Positions 31,128 to 41,142 are shown, counted from the first letter of the stretch. The stretch: 64,000 nucleotides of DNA from an uncultured Armatimonadetes bacterium (GCA_963717145.1 OY970325.1:384001-448000); one strand, 5' to 3'. Notes: generated from the sequence alone by a model not told the origin. Made by a program: numbers and translations.

Positions 31128-32060
31128 ATGTCTACGGCATTCATGAGAAGATCAGTTGTTGCATCCTCGGTTCTGCTGCTCATGCTGTCCGCATTCCCCA
31201 TTCACAGTGCGGATGAGCCGACCGCCGGCGTGGTCGCCGAATCGAACACCGAACTCAAACAACTCGGCGACGAGGTGGATATGCTGCAACTCGTCACCAA
31301 CCTTGGTCTGAGCAAGGAGCAGGTCACTCAGCTTGCAGCAAAGGTTGCGCAGATCAACGCAAAGCGGAAGGAGTATGCCGCGAAGGAACGGGATGTGCTG
31401 CTTAAGATCAAGTCGCCGCTCGACGAGATGAAGAATGCGCTGATCAACGGGAGGCCCGTGCCGGATGCTGCCAGGATGCAGGCGGATTCCGGCCTGAAGA
31501 GCCTGGAAGCGCTAAGGAAGCTGGGTTGGGCCGACTATGACATTTTCGTATCATCCGCCGCCAAGGTGCTCACCCCCAAGCAGGTCCGAGACATCCGACG
31601 CAGCCCGGAGGCTCGAAAGCGCGCCGGGGAGATGGTACAGGATATCCGGTTCAGCTCGCCCGACAAGTACCCTCAGATCCGCGAGAAGCTGGTCAACGAA
31701 CTGGTCGAGGTCAAGAGGATCGACAAGCAGGAGGAGTGGCTCAGGACTGCCGCGGATAAGCTTGAGGGCCTGACCGGTGAGGCTCGGAACGAGGCCATAA
31801 AGGATCTCCAGAGCATGAAGGATACCGACATAGCTCAGATGAAGGCGGAACTCAGCCAGTTGATCGACAGCATTCAGGCAGCCGATTCGAGGATACTATC
31901 GGTCGGCATTGACAAGCTCGCGTCAGCTCTGAGGTCTGACATGGAGGTCGATGCGGAGATCAAGTCGATGATGTCGCGTATCCTCGACTCCCCAACAGCC
32001 GAGACTGTACTGAAGGAGCGGGTGGATCACATGAAGGAAACCCCCGCCGAGTCCGAGTAG
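31128..32060 (+). CDS. Secreted helical hypothetical protein
   Basis: Signal peptide; AAGGAG RBS; TGcTATAAT at 31089-31097. Confidence 0.7.
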   Translation: MSTAFMRRSVVASSVLLLMLSAFPIHSADEPTAGVVAESNTELKQLGDEVDMLQLVTNLGLSKEQVTQLAAKVAQINAKRKEYAAKERDVLLKIKSPLDEMKNALINGRPVPDAARMQADSGLKSLEALRKLGWADYDIFVSSAAKVLTPKQVRDIRRSPEARKRAGEMVQDIRFSSPDKYPQIREKLVNELVEVKRIDKQEEWLRTAADKLEGLTGEARNEAIKDLQSMKDTDIAQMKAELSQLIDSIQAADSRILSVGIDKLASALRSDMEVDAEIKSMMSRILDSPTAETVLKERVDHMKETPAESE

Positions 32061-32163
32061 TGAATACGGCGGGCGCCCGGGGTCATCCAGACTTTCCCAG
32101 GAGCGAAGCGAAGAATCCGGGCGGCGGAGGGTCGATAGTACGCCCGCTCGTGCCAACTCAAAC

Positions 32164-32194
32164 AAGAACGCCTGCCATTGAGGCAGGCGTTCTT
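32164..32194. terminator. Hairpin terminator between convergent genes
   Basis: AAGAACGCCTGCC-ATTGA-GGCAGGCGTTCTT, 13-bp stem. Confidence 0.7.
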
Positions 32195-32281
32195 ACACCA
32201 TCGGTAGTGGTTGTGAAGGCGGCATTATCAGCCGTCTCAAATATCACTGTCAGTCAATACGATTGGTTGCGCCGATACCGA

Positions 32282-32923
32282 CTACGAAGATTCAAGGATC
32301 AGAGCGATCTTGTCCACGTAGCTCTGCACCCAGTAGCCATGCCAAGCCTGCAAGACCCCGGTCGACGCGAAATCTTCGGGTATGCCGAAATCACAGAGAC
32401 TCTGAGTCGAACCGTCCCACCAGAATCCGAATGAGTTCAGCCAGCCCTCTGTCTTTGCGGCCTGCTGAAGGCTGATGGTGACGTTGCCGTCCACAACCTT
32501 AGCATTCTCCCAAGTGAACTCCGTGCTGAAGGGATTGCCGATGATAGCCCAACCGGCTTTCGGCAGGCTGACCCAGACGTCCATAGCGTCGTTGTCATCC
32601 AGGCCGGGGTAAGAGATTGTCCCAGCCGCGTCGGTGACCAGCCAGTATCCATCCGTCAGGAGCATGTTCCCGAACGCCTCGGGAGACCATGTGTCGTAGA
32701 GAAGGATGCTCTGTGTAGCCGCGTCCCAGCGATAGAGGCTCCCGTCGATCGGGATGCTGCCAAAAACGCTGGTGGGTGTGGGATCGACAGGTATGCCTGG
32801 CAGAGCCAAAAGGTTCCAACCAGCATTCACTGTTCCAGCCGGGGACGTGATCGTTGTGAGAGCCGCCGTTGCAGGCACTGAAAGAACCGCAATCAGTGCC
32901 AATCCGATGAGCAATCGCTTCAT
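32282..32923 (-). CDS. Secreted protein with two GWN/GW..GYW repeats
   Basis: Signal peptide; AGWNLL..GYW and AGWAII..GYW; AGGAGG RBS. Confidence 0.75.
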   Translation of the reverse strand: MKRLLIGLALIAVLSVPATAALTTITSPAGTVNAGWNLLALPGIPVDPTPTSVFGSIPIDGSLYRWDAATQSILLYDTWSPEAFGNMLLTDGYWLVTDAAGTISYPGLDDNDAMDVWVSLPKAGWAIIGNPFSTEFTWENAKVVDGNVTISLQQAAKTEGWLNSFGFWWDGSTQSLCDFGIPEDFASTGVLQAWHGYWVQSYVDKIALILESS

Positions 32924-33051
32924 TTCGTTACCCTCCTACCGATGAGTTAGAAACTTGCCGGCCTCGGCTTCATGGCATGTTTACCCATCAATCAGCGGGA
33001 TGATGCGCGAACACGCCTGACGTTACGTACCGAGAGTCAGCCTCGGTTACT

Positions 33052-33080
33052 AATTTAGCATCTTGTGACAAAAGAGTCAA
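33052..33080 (-). promoter_or_regulatory. Sigma70-type promoter
   Basis: TTGACT-17 nt-TAAATT with extended TG. Confidence 0.6.
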
Positions 33081-33132
33081 CAGGTAAAAATACCTAATTT
33101 GTGTTGCTCGGGCAGATGAGCACGATCCAACC

Positions 33133-34122
33133 CTAGCGTCTCAACTCCTCTGGCACGGTGGAGTCGAGGTTCGACTCGACCTCACCGGCGACTTCTATGC
33201 CTGCCTCTTCGAGCGCGAGCATCAGTGCGCCGACGACCGGCTCGTACCTCGGGGTGATGACGAGTGCCCTCGGAGCGACCGGCTTGATGATCCCTTTGAT
33301 GGTGTCGAGCATCAGCGGGCCCTTGCCTTTGAAGACGCTTCCGGCAAGCACGACCTCGAACTCGTCGTCTTCGAGTCCGAGCTTCCTGATGAGATTGTTC
33401 GCCGAGATGCCGGCTTCGACCCCGAACCTGGTGATAAGTTCGATGGCCACTTCGTCGCCCTCGAAGGCCGCCTCGAAACAGATGGGGCAGAGACCGGGAA
33501 TGCGCTTGTGCGGCTCGCGGTTGTAGTAAAGGTAGCGGGCGAGTTCGTACATATCGTCGTAGACGAAGTATTCCCTGACCCTCTGCTCCAGGACGGTCTT
33601 CTTGCCCCGCCCGTCCCACGAGCGGAAGGCATGATGAAGGACCTCCCGCGCGATCGTATGCCCGCCCCCGACATCGCCGTAGAGAAACCCTTCTGAGATG
33701 TACCGTACCTCCGTGCCGTCCTTCCCGAGACCGGCTCCGTTGAACCCGCTGCCCATGATGATGCAGACGCCGAACGGACGGCGAATTCCCGCCCTCAGTC
33801 CGGCGATCGAGTCGTTCTTCACGGTGCACTTGCGGGCGACATGCAGATCCTCCATCGCCTGGGTCAGCATCTCGAAGTCCTCGGGGTAGAAGTCGGCGCC
33901 TGCGAGTGCGAAGACTCCCTGCCGGACCTCGTCCTTCGCCGGGCCGCCCTGATTGATCGCCTGCTCGACGCACTTGAGGATGTTGACCTTCGCGGTTTCC
34001 AGGCCGACGACCTCGAAACTCCCCGGGCCGGCTTTCCCGAAACCCTTGATGGTTCCATCAAGTTCAGCCGCCAGGCAGAAGGACTTCGTACCTCCCGCGT
34101 CAACACCGATAACGTATGTCAC
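33133..34122 (-). CDS. BadF/BadG-type sugar (N-acetylglucosamine) kinase
   Basis: IGVDAGGTKS, KNDS, GSG, GDVGGG; GTG after AGGAGG. Confidence 0.85.
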   Translation of the reverse strand: MTYVIGVDAGGTKSFCLAAELDGTIKGFGKAGPGSFEVVGLETAKVNILKCVEQAINQGGPAKDEVRQGVFALAGADFYPEDFEMLTQAMEDLHVARKCTVKNDSIAGLRAGIRRPFGVCIIMGSGFNGAGLGKDGTEVRYISEGFLYGDVGGGHTIAREVLHHAFRSWDGRGKKTVLEQRVREYFVYDDMYELARYLYYNREPHKRIPGLCPICFEAAFEGDEVAIELITRFGVEAGISANNLIRKLGLEDDEFEVVLAGSVFKGKGPLMLDTIKGIIKPVAPRALVITPRYEPVVGALMLALEEAGIEVAGEVESNLDSTVPEELRR

Positions 34123-34138
34123 GAGAACCTCCTGCGGA

Positions 34139-34196
34139 GAATGGGAGAGTGGGGGAATGGGAGCGCCCAGTCTCCCATTCCCCCACTCTCCCATTC
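34139..34196. repeat. Octamer-based 25-bp hairpin overlapping the GH4 stop codon
   Basis: GAATGGGAGAGTGGGGGAATGGGAG and perfect reverse complement. Confidence 0.9.
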
Positions 34197-35469
34197 ATCT
34201 CCGCTGTCTCCCAAACTGCGGCAGATACTCCGCGTTTGCCTCCAGAATGCGGTCGAGAAGCTGCTGGGCTACCGTGAACGACGGCACGAGCGGATGAGCC
34301 ACCAACGCCTTGAGCGCTATCTTCTTTGACCCTTCGACTGCCGCCTTGACCGTAAGCTCCTCGTAGGATTTCACCGCCTGAAGCAGCCCGCGGATCTCCA
34401 GCGGGATGTCTCCGATCGCCAGAGGATGTGCGCCTCCGCCGTCGATCATGCAGTTCGCCTCGATCGCGCAGTCCGGCGGAAGACACGGGATCGTGCTCCC
34501 GTTCCGCGCGTTCACGATGTGCAATTCCTTCTTGTTGTTGTGGATCGCGCTCGCGAGCGACACGGCCGCGGTCGAGTAATGCGCTCCACCTCGCTTCTCG
34601 AGTTCCTTCGGCTTCCTCTTCAGATTCGGGTTCTGGTATTTCTTCAACAACGCCGCCTCGACCTCGGCCACTATCTCGCCGCGCGTCTTCTCCGCCTTCT
34701 TGAGCGCTTCCATAACCTTGTCTCGGGCATAGTAGTAGTGGAGGTATCCGTTTGGGATCATGCCATATGCCTTGATCCACTCCTGATCTTCCTCCGGACG
34801 CCCGGCGAGCGACTTTTTCACGGCTTCTTTGGTGACGTCCTTCCCCTTGACAGTGACCTTTGTGATCCAGCTCAGGTGGTTCAAACCGACATATGTGAGC
34901 AGAAGGTCCTCCGGCTCACATTCCAGCTTCTTGGCAAGGGATTTCGTCATGCCGATCGGAACATTGCAGAGCCCGATGACGTTGGTCCTGGAGTGCTTAA
35001 GGAGCGCCTCCGTGACGATGCCGCTCGGGTTCGTGAAGTTGATCCACCAGGCATTCGGCGCGAGTTTCTCGATATCGCGGGCGATGTCGAGCATCACGGG
35101 GATGGTCCGGAGCGCCTTGGCGAATCCGCCCGGACCGGTTGTCTCCTGGCCGAGGATGCCGAACTCGATGGGTATATGCTCGTCGCGAATCCGCGCCGGG
35201 ATACCGCCGACCCTGATCTGCGTAAGCACGAAATCCGCGCCTTCAAGGGCCTTCTTCCGATCGGTGAGGAGTTCGACTCTCGCGCCGAGGCCCGCCTTTT
35301 CCACCATTCGTGTGGCGAGGCTGCCCACGATACTGAGTTTGTCGCCGTCGATATCCATGAGGGCGATCCTCTCGACGGGCAGCTCTTTCTTTCGCTTGAT
35401 GAACCCCTCGATCAGTTCAGGAGTATATGTGCTTCCCGCGCCGATGACGCAGATCTTCAGCCCATCCAT
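34195..35469 (-). CDS. GH4 6-phospho-beta-glucosidase
   Basis: IGAGSTYTPE, GQETTGPGG, INFTNP, GLCN, GLNH. Confidence 0.92.
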   Translation of the reverse strand: MDGLKICVIGAGSTYTPELIEGFIKRKKELPVERIALMDIDGDKLSIVGSLATRMVEKAGLGARVELLTDRKKALEGADFVLTQIRVGGIPARIRDEHIPIEFGILGQETTGPGGFAKALRTIPVMLDIARDIEKLAPNAWWINFTNPSGIVTEALLKHSRTNVIGLCNVPIGMTKSLAKKLECEPEDLLLTYVGLNHLSWITKVTVKGKDVTKEAVKKSLAGRPEEDQEWIKAYGMIPNGYLHYYYARDKVMEALKKAEKTRGEIVAEVEAALLKKYQNPNLKRKPKELEKRGGAHYSTAAVSLASAIHNNKKELHIVNARNGSTIPCLPPDCAIEANCMIDGGGAHPLAIGDIPLEIRGLLQAVKSYEELTVKAAVEGSKKIALKALVAHPLVPSFTVAQQLLDRILEANAEYLPQFGRQRR

Positions 35470-35484
35470 GAGGATTCACCGCCC

Positions 35485-36765
35485 TTACATCGTTCTCATC
35501 ACCATGCCGGTGAGGAGCTTGGGGTAAAAAAACGTCGATTTCTGCGGCATGATGTCGCCCGCCGCCGCGACCTCGCGGACCTCTTCGACTCTCATCGCAT
35601 TCATCAGAAATGAGAGACGGAACTCCCCGCTGTCCACGCGCGTCATCGCCTCCGAGTCGTCTCTCGTGTAGGCGACCCTGGCCTGACCGTCGGGAGTCTT
35701 GGTGTCGACGCCGAGGATGCCGTCGAGGATCATCGAATGCAGCACCGTGACGTCGAGCCGCTTGAGCGCATCCGAGCCGGGGATCTCCAGTGCCGTCGGG
35801 TCGAAATCAGCCCTCAGACGGATCATGTATGCTTTCCCCTCGCCGAGGTAGAGGCCGAATACCGCGCCGGCGTCATGCTCTGATGCAACGGCCGTCGCCA
35901 GGTCGTCGGGACTGAACTCGGCAACATCGAAGCTCCCTCTCAGGCGCTCGATCAGCGAGTTCTCATCGATCTCGATGTCGCAGACGAGTCTGTGGGTGGG
36001 GAGAATCGTGAGTCCGTCGTCCTCAAATGAGACGATCGTCATCATGACGAACTCGTGCGGCGCATTCGGATCTGTTGTTCCCGACTTGGCTCTCATCTCG
36101 TTTCGGTATGCCAGCGCCGAGTCGTAGCGGTGATGACCGTCCGCGATCAGAATCGGCTCGCCCTTCAGACGCCTGCTGAGTTCACCTGCGATCGCCGGAT
36201 CGGACACCATCCACATCCGGCACTTGATGCCCGCGGAGTCGGTGGCCTCCGCGCTCGGGATGCCCTCCGTGATCGTCTGCAGAACAGCCTGGACGCCTTT
36301 ACCGTCGTGAAGGCCGAAGATCGAATCGAGATTGGTCCTGGTCGCGCGGATCAAGTTCAAGCGATCTTCCCTCGCAAGGGCGAGCACTCGCTCATGAGGA
36401 AGAATCGCACCCGTGCCGTAGTCCTCAAGGCGTATCAGGCACGTCAGGCCGATGCGGCACATGGTCGTCCCGCCCGTATCGTAGGACTGCTCGCACACGT
36501 ACATCATCGGCGCGCGATCCTCGATCAGGATGCCATAATCGAGCCACTCACGCAGGAGACGCCCCGCCTCGGAGTACTTGTCTTGCCCGGGAGTCGCGTC
36601 GGGCAGAATCAGCCGGACTACGTTGTTTGGATGCTGCGCGAGGAGGCCTTCCTTCTGCTCCGGGGAGATGACGTCATAGGGTGGGGCAACAACTGAGTCG
36701 AGATCTCGAATCTTCTCGCTGTTGTACCTGATGCCGTGAAACGCCTGAACGTTCGCCGTCTCCAT
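35485..36765 (-). CDS. DUF1015 family protein
   Basis: APPYDVIS, ILPHE, IADGHHR, MPQKSTFFYPK; TAATG coupling to GH38. Confidence 0.88.
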   Translation of the reverse strand: METANVQAFHGIRYNSEKIRDLDSVVAPPYDVISPEQKEGLLAQHPNNVVRLILPDATPGQDKYSEAGRLLREWLDYGILIEDRAPMMYVCEQSYDTGGTTMCRIGLTCLIRLEDYGTGAILPHERVLALAREDRLNLIRATRTNLDSIFGLHDGKGVQAVLQTITEGIPSAEATDSAGIKCRMWMVSDPAIAGELSRRLKGEPILIADGHHRYDSALAYRNEMRAKSGTTDPNAPHEFVMMTIVSFEDDGLTILPTHRLVCDIEIDENSLIERLRGSFDVAEFSPDDLATAVASEHDAGAVFGLYLGEGKAYMIRLRADFDPTALEIPGSDALKRLDVTVLHSMILDGILGVDTKTPDGQARVAYTRDDSEAMTRVDSGEFRLSFLMNAMRVEEVREVAAAGDIMPQKSTFFYPKLLTGMVMRTM

Positions 36766-39572
36766 TATCTCCGGACCTCCGCCTTCAGGGTGACTATCTG
36801 CCTGGTCTTGATCGCCAGGTTCGCGGATCCGCCGCTCCACTGCTCGCCGCCCTCGGGCACATCCTCATTGAGGTCCGTCTGAACGACGCTGTGCAGGCCC
36901 GAGAGATGAATCTTGCACGAAGCTGTATCGGCATGCGTCATGTTGACCGCGCGCAGGACGAGAGCATCCTCCCTTGAAGCTTTCTTCAGCGCGGTCATCA
37001 CGACCTCCGGCGAATCGATGCCGACGAAGCTACTTTCGCCGGGAAGGTCCCCGGAATGGATGCCGGTCTGGACCGCGCGCATCGGAACGTTGTGCGCCCA
37101 CGCCTGCTGCCAGGCCTTCGACTCCTGCCAGCCGTCCTTGTGCGGGCTGATTGCGTAACTGAACCGCTGCTTCCCGATGAGCTGCCCACCCTCCTGGTTC
37201 TCCGGTCCGCCGACGCCGCCGATGACCGAGCGCATCAGTGTGACGGCCACCGTCCGATCCACATCGTCCAGTACCTCGAACTCCGGCTGCCCGGCGTTGA
37301 TGACGGTGAGCCCGATCCCCTCGCCGCTGACGTCGACGAACGACTTCTGCGGGTGGGTCGAGGGCATCGGCTCGATCCAGTCGGGGCACTCCATGGTCTT
37401 GATCGGCCGGGTGACGACATCGAAGAGGCTCTCGGAGTTCGACTCCTCGGCTTCGACACCCGAGGGGAACAGCACTCTCAGCCGGTGATCGCGCGCCGTG
37501 TTGTCCACGTGAGTGACAATGTCCACGCGTCTAGAACCTCGCGCGAGGCTGACGTAGCTGGTGAAGGGGATGTCCGTCGTGTTGGCGCTTCTCTCGCGGC
37601 CGTTCGGATTCATCGACCCCGGCACGGTCAGAACCGTGTCGACCTTGAACGTGGCGCGCGCCGGACCGTTCTCGACGAGCGAGACCTGCGCCCGGCTGCC
37701 GATGCTCATCACCACCGTGTCCTTGAGCGGCTTGCGGTAGTTCCATCCGTCGCCGAAATCGCCGCCGTCCTCGAAGATCATCCCGCCCGCGTAGACTTCC
37801 TCGGTCTCTTTGTCTATCACAGTCAGCGTGCCGTCGGAATCGATCGCTACGATGAGGTGCTCGTTCTCGGCGGAGTTCGGGCCGTTCACGAGCGTCCCGA
37901 CCGGTCGATAGGGCGTATCGAGCGCCCGGACGTAGAAGGTCTTGTATCCGACCGAGGGAACTCCATTGGCGAGGAATGCGATCTTGTAGAGCTTAGTCGG
38001 AGTGCCGGTCGGGATATCGTACCACTCCTGATCGAACAGGCTGCCTTGATGCGCGTCGAGCACCTGGAACGGGACTTCAGATCCATCCGCGTCCACGACC
38101 TTGATGCCCTTCACATGCCAATCGTTCGGCAGATTGACTTCGGCGTCCACGACCTCCGAGCGTTCCCAGGACAGCGGGTTGAAGACGACGAGGGCGATGG
38201 CTGATGGGGAATGGTTGATGGTTGATGGTTGATGGGGGATGGTTGATGCTTCCGGCTCCCCATTAGCCATTAACCATGAACCATTGACCGTCGTCGTCAC
38301 CTTTCCCGCTATGAACTGAAGGCTTGTCGATGCGACCGGCTCGGCGATCATGCGCGCCTGATCGAAGCGGTAGACCATGTCCTTGTGTACGTGATCGAGG
38401 CTGCAGCCGCAGATCGAGTCGTGCGGGTGGTTCTGGAGCAGGTACTTCCACGCCAGCGCGATGTACGACGACGGATAGTCCCGCCCAAGAGTCCACGCGA
38501 TCGCGGAGAACGGCTCGGCCCACTTCTCGAGCAGCGTCTCGATCTGATGGTTCGCCTGCTTGAGATGGATGCGCGATGACATCACGCCGGCGAGAACGGC
38601 CTGCAGTTTCCACTTGCGGTTGCTCCATCGAAGCTCGCCCTCGATCGCCTGCAGTTCGGGGTTCTCCGACCTCACTGCCTCGACGAAGTCCGGGAGCGTG
38701 CTGTGGACCATCGCGCCGAGGTCCGTGTTGTGGTTCACGTCGCGAATGATTGCCGGGATCAGAGGGTTGGCGAGGATGTGATCGACCCCATCCATGAAGA
38801 GCAGGTGCGAGGTTGTCGGCTTCTCGCGCTCGCAGTCGGCCACGAGATCGGCGACCTCCTGCCGTGCCTTCGTGAGCCACTCGGTATCGGACGCCGGATC
38901 CCAGTCGGGTGCTTCGGATGGCTGAGGGGTGGGCGATGGTCCGGCTGACTGCAGTCGGTTCTCGCTCGCAGTCTTCAATCTGTTCGCTAGCGCGAGGGTC
39001 GTTCTCAGTCTGTAGTAGAAGTTGGAGTATGCATTGTCGTCCGGCATCTTTACGCACAGCACCTCTGAGCCGTCCGGACTGCGCCATGTAAACTCCGACT
39101 TAACCTGGTCGGCGCTGATGCCGCGGAAGAGCACAGCGTTGTCGATCCCGAAGCTGCGCATGAGTTGCGGGAACTGCGAGATGTGGCCGAAGCAGTCGGG
39201 CACGTATCCGATGCGCATCCAGTTGCCCCAGTCGTCGCCCATCGCGCGGCCGAGCATCAGGTTGCGGATCATCGACTCGCCGCTCACCAGGAACTCGTCC
39301 GGCTGGTTGTACCACGGGCCGATGAGGATTCGCCCCTCGCGCACCAGGCTCCGCAGTACCTCCTCGTTTTCTGGGCGGATCGCGAGGTAGTCGTCGAGCA
39401 TGATCGTCTGGCCGTCCATGTGGAAGTGCTTATACTCAGGGTTGGCCTGGAGGAGCTTGATCAGCTCGTCGATCAGGTCCACAAGGCGCATGCGGAAGTG
39501 TTGGAACGAGCGATACCACTCCCGGTCCCAGTGGGTGTGGCTGATGACATGCATGGTGTACTTCTTGGGCAA
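36765..39572 (-). CDS. GH38 alpha-mannosidase / mannosylglycerate hydrolase-like
   Basis: HTHWDREWY, DGQT, PDCFGH, HPHDSICGCS. Confidence 0.92.
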   Translation of the reverse strand: MPKKYTMHVISHTHWDREWYRSFQHFRMRLVDLIDELIKLLQANPEYKHFHMDGQTIMLDDYLAIRPENEEVLRSLVREGRILIGPWYNQPDEFLVSGESMIRNLMLGRAMGDDWGNWMRIGYVPDCFGHISQFPQLMRSFGIDNAVLFRGISADQVKSEFTWRSPDGSEVLCVKMPDDNAYSNFYYRLRTTLALANRLKTASENRLQSAGPSPTPQPSEAPDWDPASDTEWLTKARQEVADLVADCEREKPTTSHLLFMDGVDHILANPLIPAIIRDVNHNTDLGAMVHSTLPDFVEAVRSENPELQAIEGELRWSNRKWKLQAVLAGVMSSRIHLKQANHQIETLLEKWAEPFSAIAWTLGRDYPSSYIALAWKYLLQNHPHDSICGCSLDHVHKDMVYRFDQARMIAEPVASTSLQFIAGKVTTTVNGSWLMANGEPEASTIPHQPSTINHSPSAIALVVFNPLSWERSEVVDAEVNLPNDWHVKGIKVVDADGSEVPFQVLDAHQGSLFDQEWYDIPTGTPTKLYKIAFLANGVPSVGYKTFYVRALDTPYRPVGTLVNGPNSAENEHLIVAIDSDGTLTVIDKETEEVYAGGMIFEDGGDFGDGWNYRKPLKDTVVMSIGSRAQVSLVENGPARATFKVDTVLTVPGSMNPNGRERSANTTDIPFTSYVSLARGSRRVDIVTHVDNTARDHRLRVLFPSGVEAEESNSESLFDVVTRPIKTMECPDWIEPMPSTHPQKSFVDVSGEGIGLTVINAGQPEFEVLDDVDRTVAVTLMRSVIGGVGGPENQEGGQLIGKQRFSYAISPHKDGWQESKAWQQAWAHNVPMRAVQTGIHSGDLPGESSFVGIDSPEVVMTALKKASREDALVLRAVNMTHADTASCKIHLSGLHSVVQTDLNEDVPEGGEQWSGGSANLAIKTRQIVTLKAEVRR
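38197..38291. repeat. ATGGTTG heptamer hairpin element inserted in-frame in GH38
   Basis: 7 forward units and 5 inverted units; same family at 57991-58013 and 59086-59156. Confidence 0.88.
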
Positions 39573-39597
39573 CTGATCGCGCCTCCTCCATCCGAGA

Positions 39598-39666
39598 TCA
39601 TACTCATACTCCTACTCCTACTCAAAAGGCCCGGAAGCATGAGTACGAGTAGGAGCATGAGTATGA
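39598..39666. repeat. Hexamer (TACTCA/TACTCC) tandem hairpin
   Basis: TCATACTCATACTCCTACTCCTACTC ... GAGTACGAGTAGGAGCATGAGTATGA. Confidence 0.85.
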
Positions 39667-39809
39667 GCAGGCAGCCGACGGCTACTGGCTAGATGATAGC
39701 CGTTCAACAGGCGAGGTGTCAAGGAATCCGACTGCCGCCGTGAAGGTCTATTCCCCTCGCGGGTCTAACGTCATGACGTAACAACTTCGAGGAGGAGACC
39801 GCAACAACA

Positions 39810-41024
39810 ATGCCACGCAATCGTATCTACATTGCGATGATCGCCATCATCCTCGTCTGCTCGGCGGCATATGCCCAATTGCCGCTGATCCAGGAGGCCG
39901 AGGACTGCGCGGTCACCTGCAAAGCCGGGATGCAGATGCAGGACAACATCTGGGCGCGCAACTACAAGGAGACGCCCGCATTCTGGGGCAGGGACAAGGA
40001 AGACTCGATCGTCTGGGAGTACACCTTCAAGACCGCGCACAGCGACCTGAAGTTTGGCCTGCGCTACTCCTACGCCCAGGGCCACTACAGCGGGTTCGCC
40101 ACCCACAATCCCAAGCGGGTCCTCCATCTCATTGTGGACAGGAACAAGCCGATCGAGATCAAGGTGCCGGATACCGGTTGGTGGGACCTCTTCGAGACGG
40201 TCGCCGTCCCGCTCCCAAAGCTCTCGGCCAGGAAGCATACGTTCAAGATCACGCCGCCCGAGCCGGACATGACGACCAACATCGACAGCCTGATTATCTT
40301 CAACGGCAAGCTGGAGGCGCTTCCGATCAAGCTGCGGACAACGATCATCGCCCAGTCGAAGCACTTCATCCTGCGCACCTCGTTCGGCGCCACGCTGCCG
40401 ATGAAAGAGGACGCGATCCTGAAGGAGTTCGAGCGGATCTACGATCACTACAGCAAGTTCATGGGCTGGGAGTTCGTGGGGAAGATCCCGATCAACGTCA
40501 TCGAACAGGCGAAGTGGCCCTCGAACGCAACCGCATTCCAGAACGCCGGCGGGGTCTTCTTCCGGGCCGAGGTGATGGCGACCGAGCAGGGCAACTGGAC
40601 CCACGAGATGATCCACCAGATGTACGTCGCGCATTTCCCCGGCTGGTTCGACGAGGCGTCGGTCCGCGTGCTGACGACGCTCGTCTTCTATCAGGAGCTT
40701 TTCCCGCCCAAGAGCGGCGGTCCCATGTCCGACCCCGGGTACGTCGAGTATACCAAGGCGGGCCAGGACGTGCTGGCGACCCGTGACAAGACCTACGACG
40801 GCCTGGAGCCGATCCTTTGTGCACTGGCGGTGAAGTACGGGCCTGATGTCTACAGCAAGTTCTTCCATGCCTGTGCCGAGGCGGGGAAGAACAAGGAGAT
40901 CGACTTCACGCCGGGCCGCTGGCTCTCCAAAGACGAGATGATGAAGATGATGTCGAAGGCCGCCGGCGAGGATGTCACCCCGCTCTTCAAGCGCTGGAAC
41001 GGATTCGAGGGAGCACAGCCGTAA
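39810..41024 (+). CDS. Secreted protein: CBM-like beta-sandwich plus zinc metallopeptidase
   Basis: Signal peptide; LRYS..TGWW..F..NID (CBM6/35-like); HEMIH and WFDEA (gluzincin). Confidence 0.6.
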   Translation: MPRNRIYIAMIAIILVCSAAYAQLPLIQEAEDCAVTCKAGMQMQDNIWARNYKETPAFWGRDKEDSIVWEYTFKTAHSDLKFGLRYSYAQGHYSGFATHNPKRVLHLIVDRNKPIEIKVPDTGWWDLFETVAVPLPKLSARKHTFKITPPEPDMTTNIDSLIIFNGKLEALPIKLRTTIIAQSKHFILRTSFGATLPMKEDAILKEFERIYDHYSKFMGWEFVGKIPINVIEQAKWPSNATAFQNAGGVFFRAEVMATEQGNWTHEMIHQMYVAHFPGWFDEASVRVLTTLVFYQELFPPKSGGPMSDPGYVEYTKAGQDVLATRDKTYDGLEPILCALAVKYGPDVYSKFFHACAEAGKNKEIDFTPGRWLSKDEMMKMMSKAAGEDVTPLFKRWNGFEGAQP

Positions 41025-41106
41025 TGCGGAAGGCTCGGTCCGGGTGCTCGAGAGGACCGGGTCATCCCAACACCCAACACCCCCGTCCAGCCAGCGGCTT
41101 CCCCAA

Positions 41107-41136
41107 TTGACATGCCGATTTTGCCGGTGTTATACT
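41107..41136 (+). promoter_or_regulatory. Sigma70 promoter, likely leaderless accB
   Basis: TTGACA-18 nt-TATACT with extended TG; ATG 6 nt downstream. Confidence 0.7.
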
Positions 41137-41142
41137 TGCGGC

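Noticed and set aside
32060-32475. Plus-strand ORFs 32060-32434 and 32263-32475
   Set aside because: They run through a repeat remnant and terminator and antisense into a real gene.
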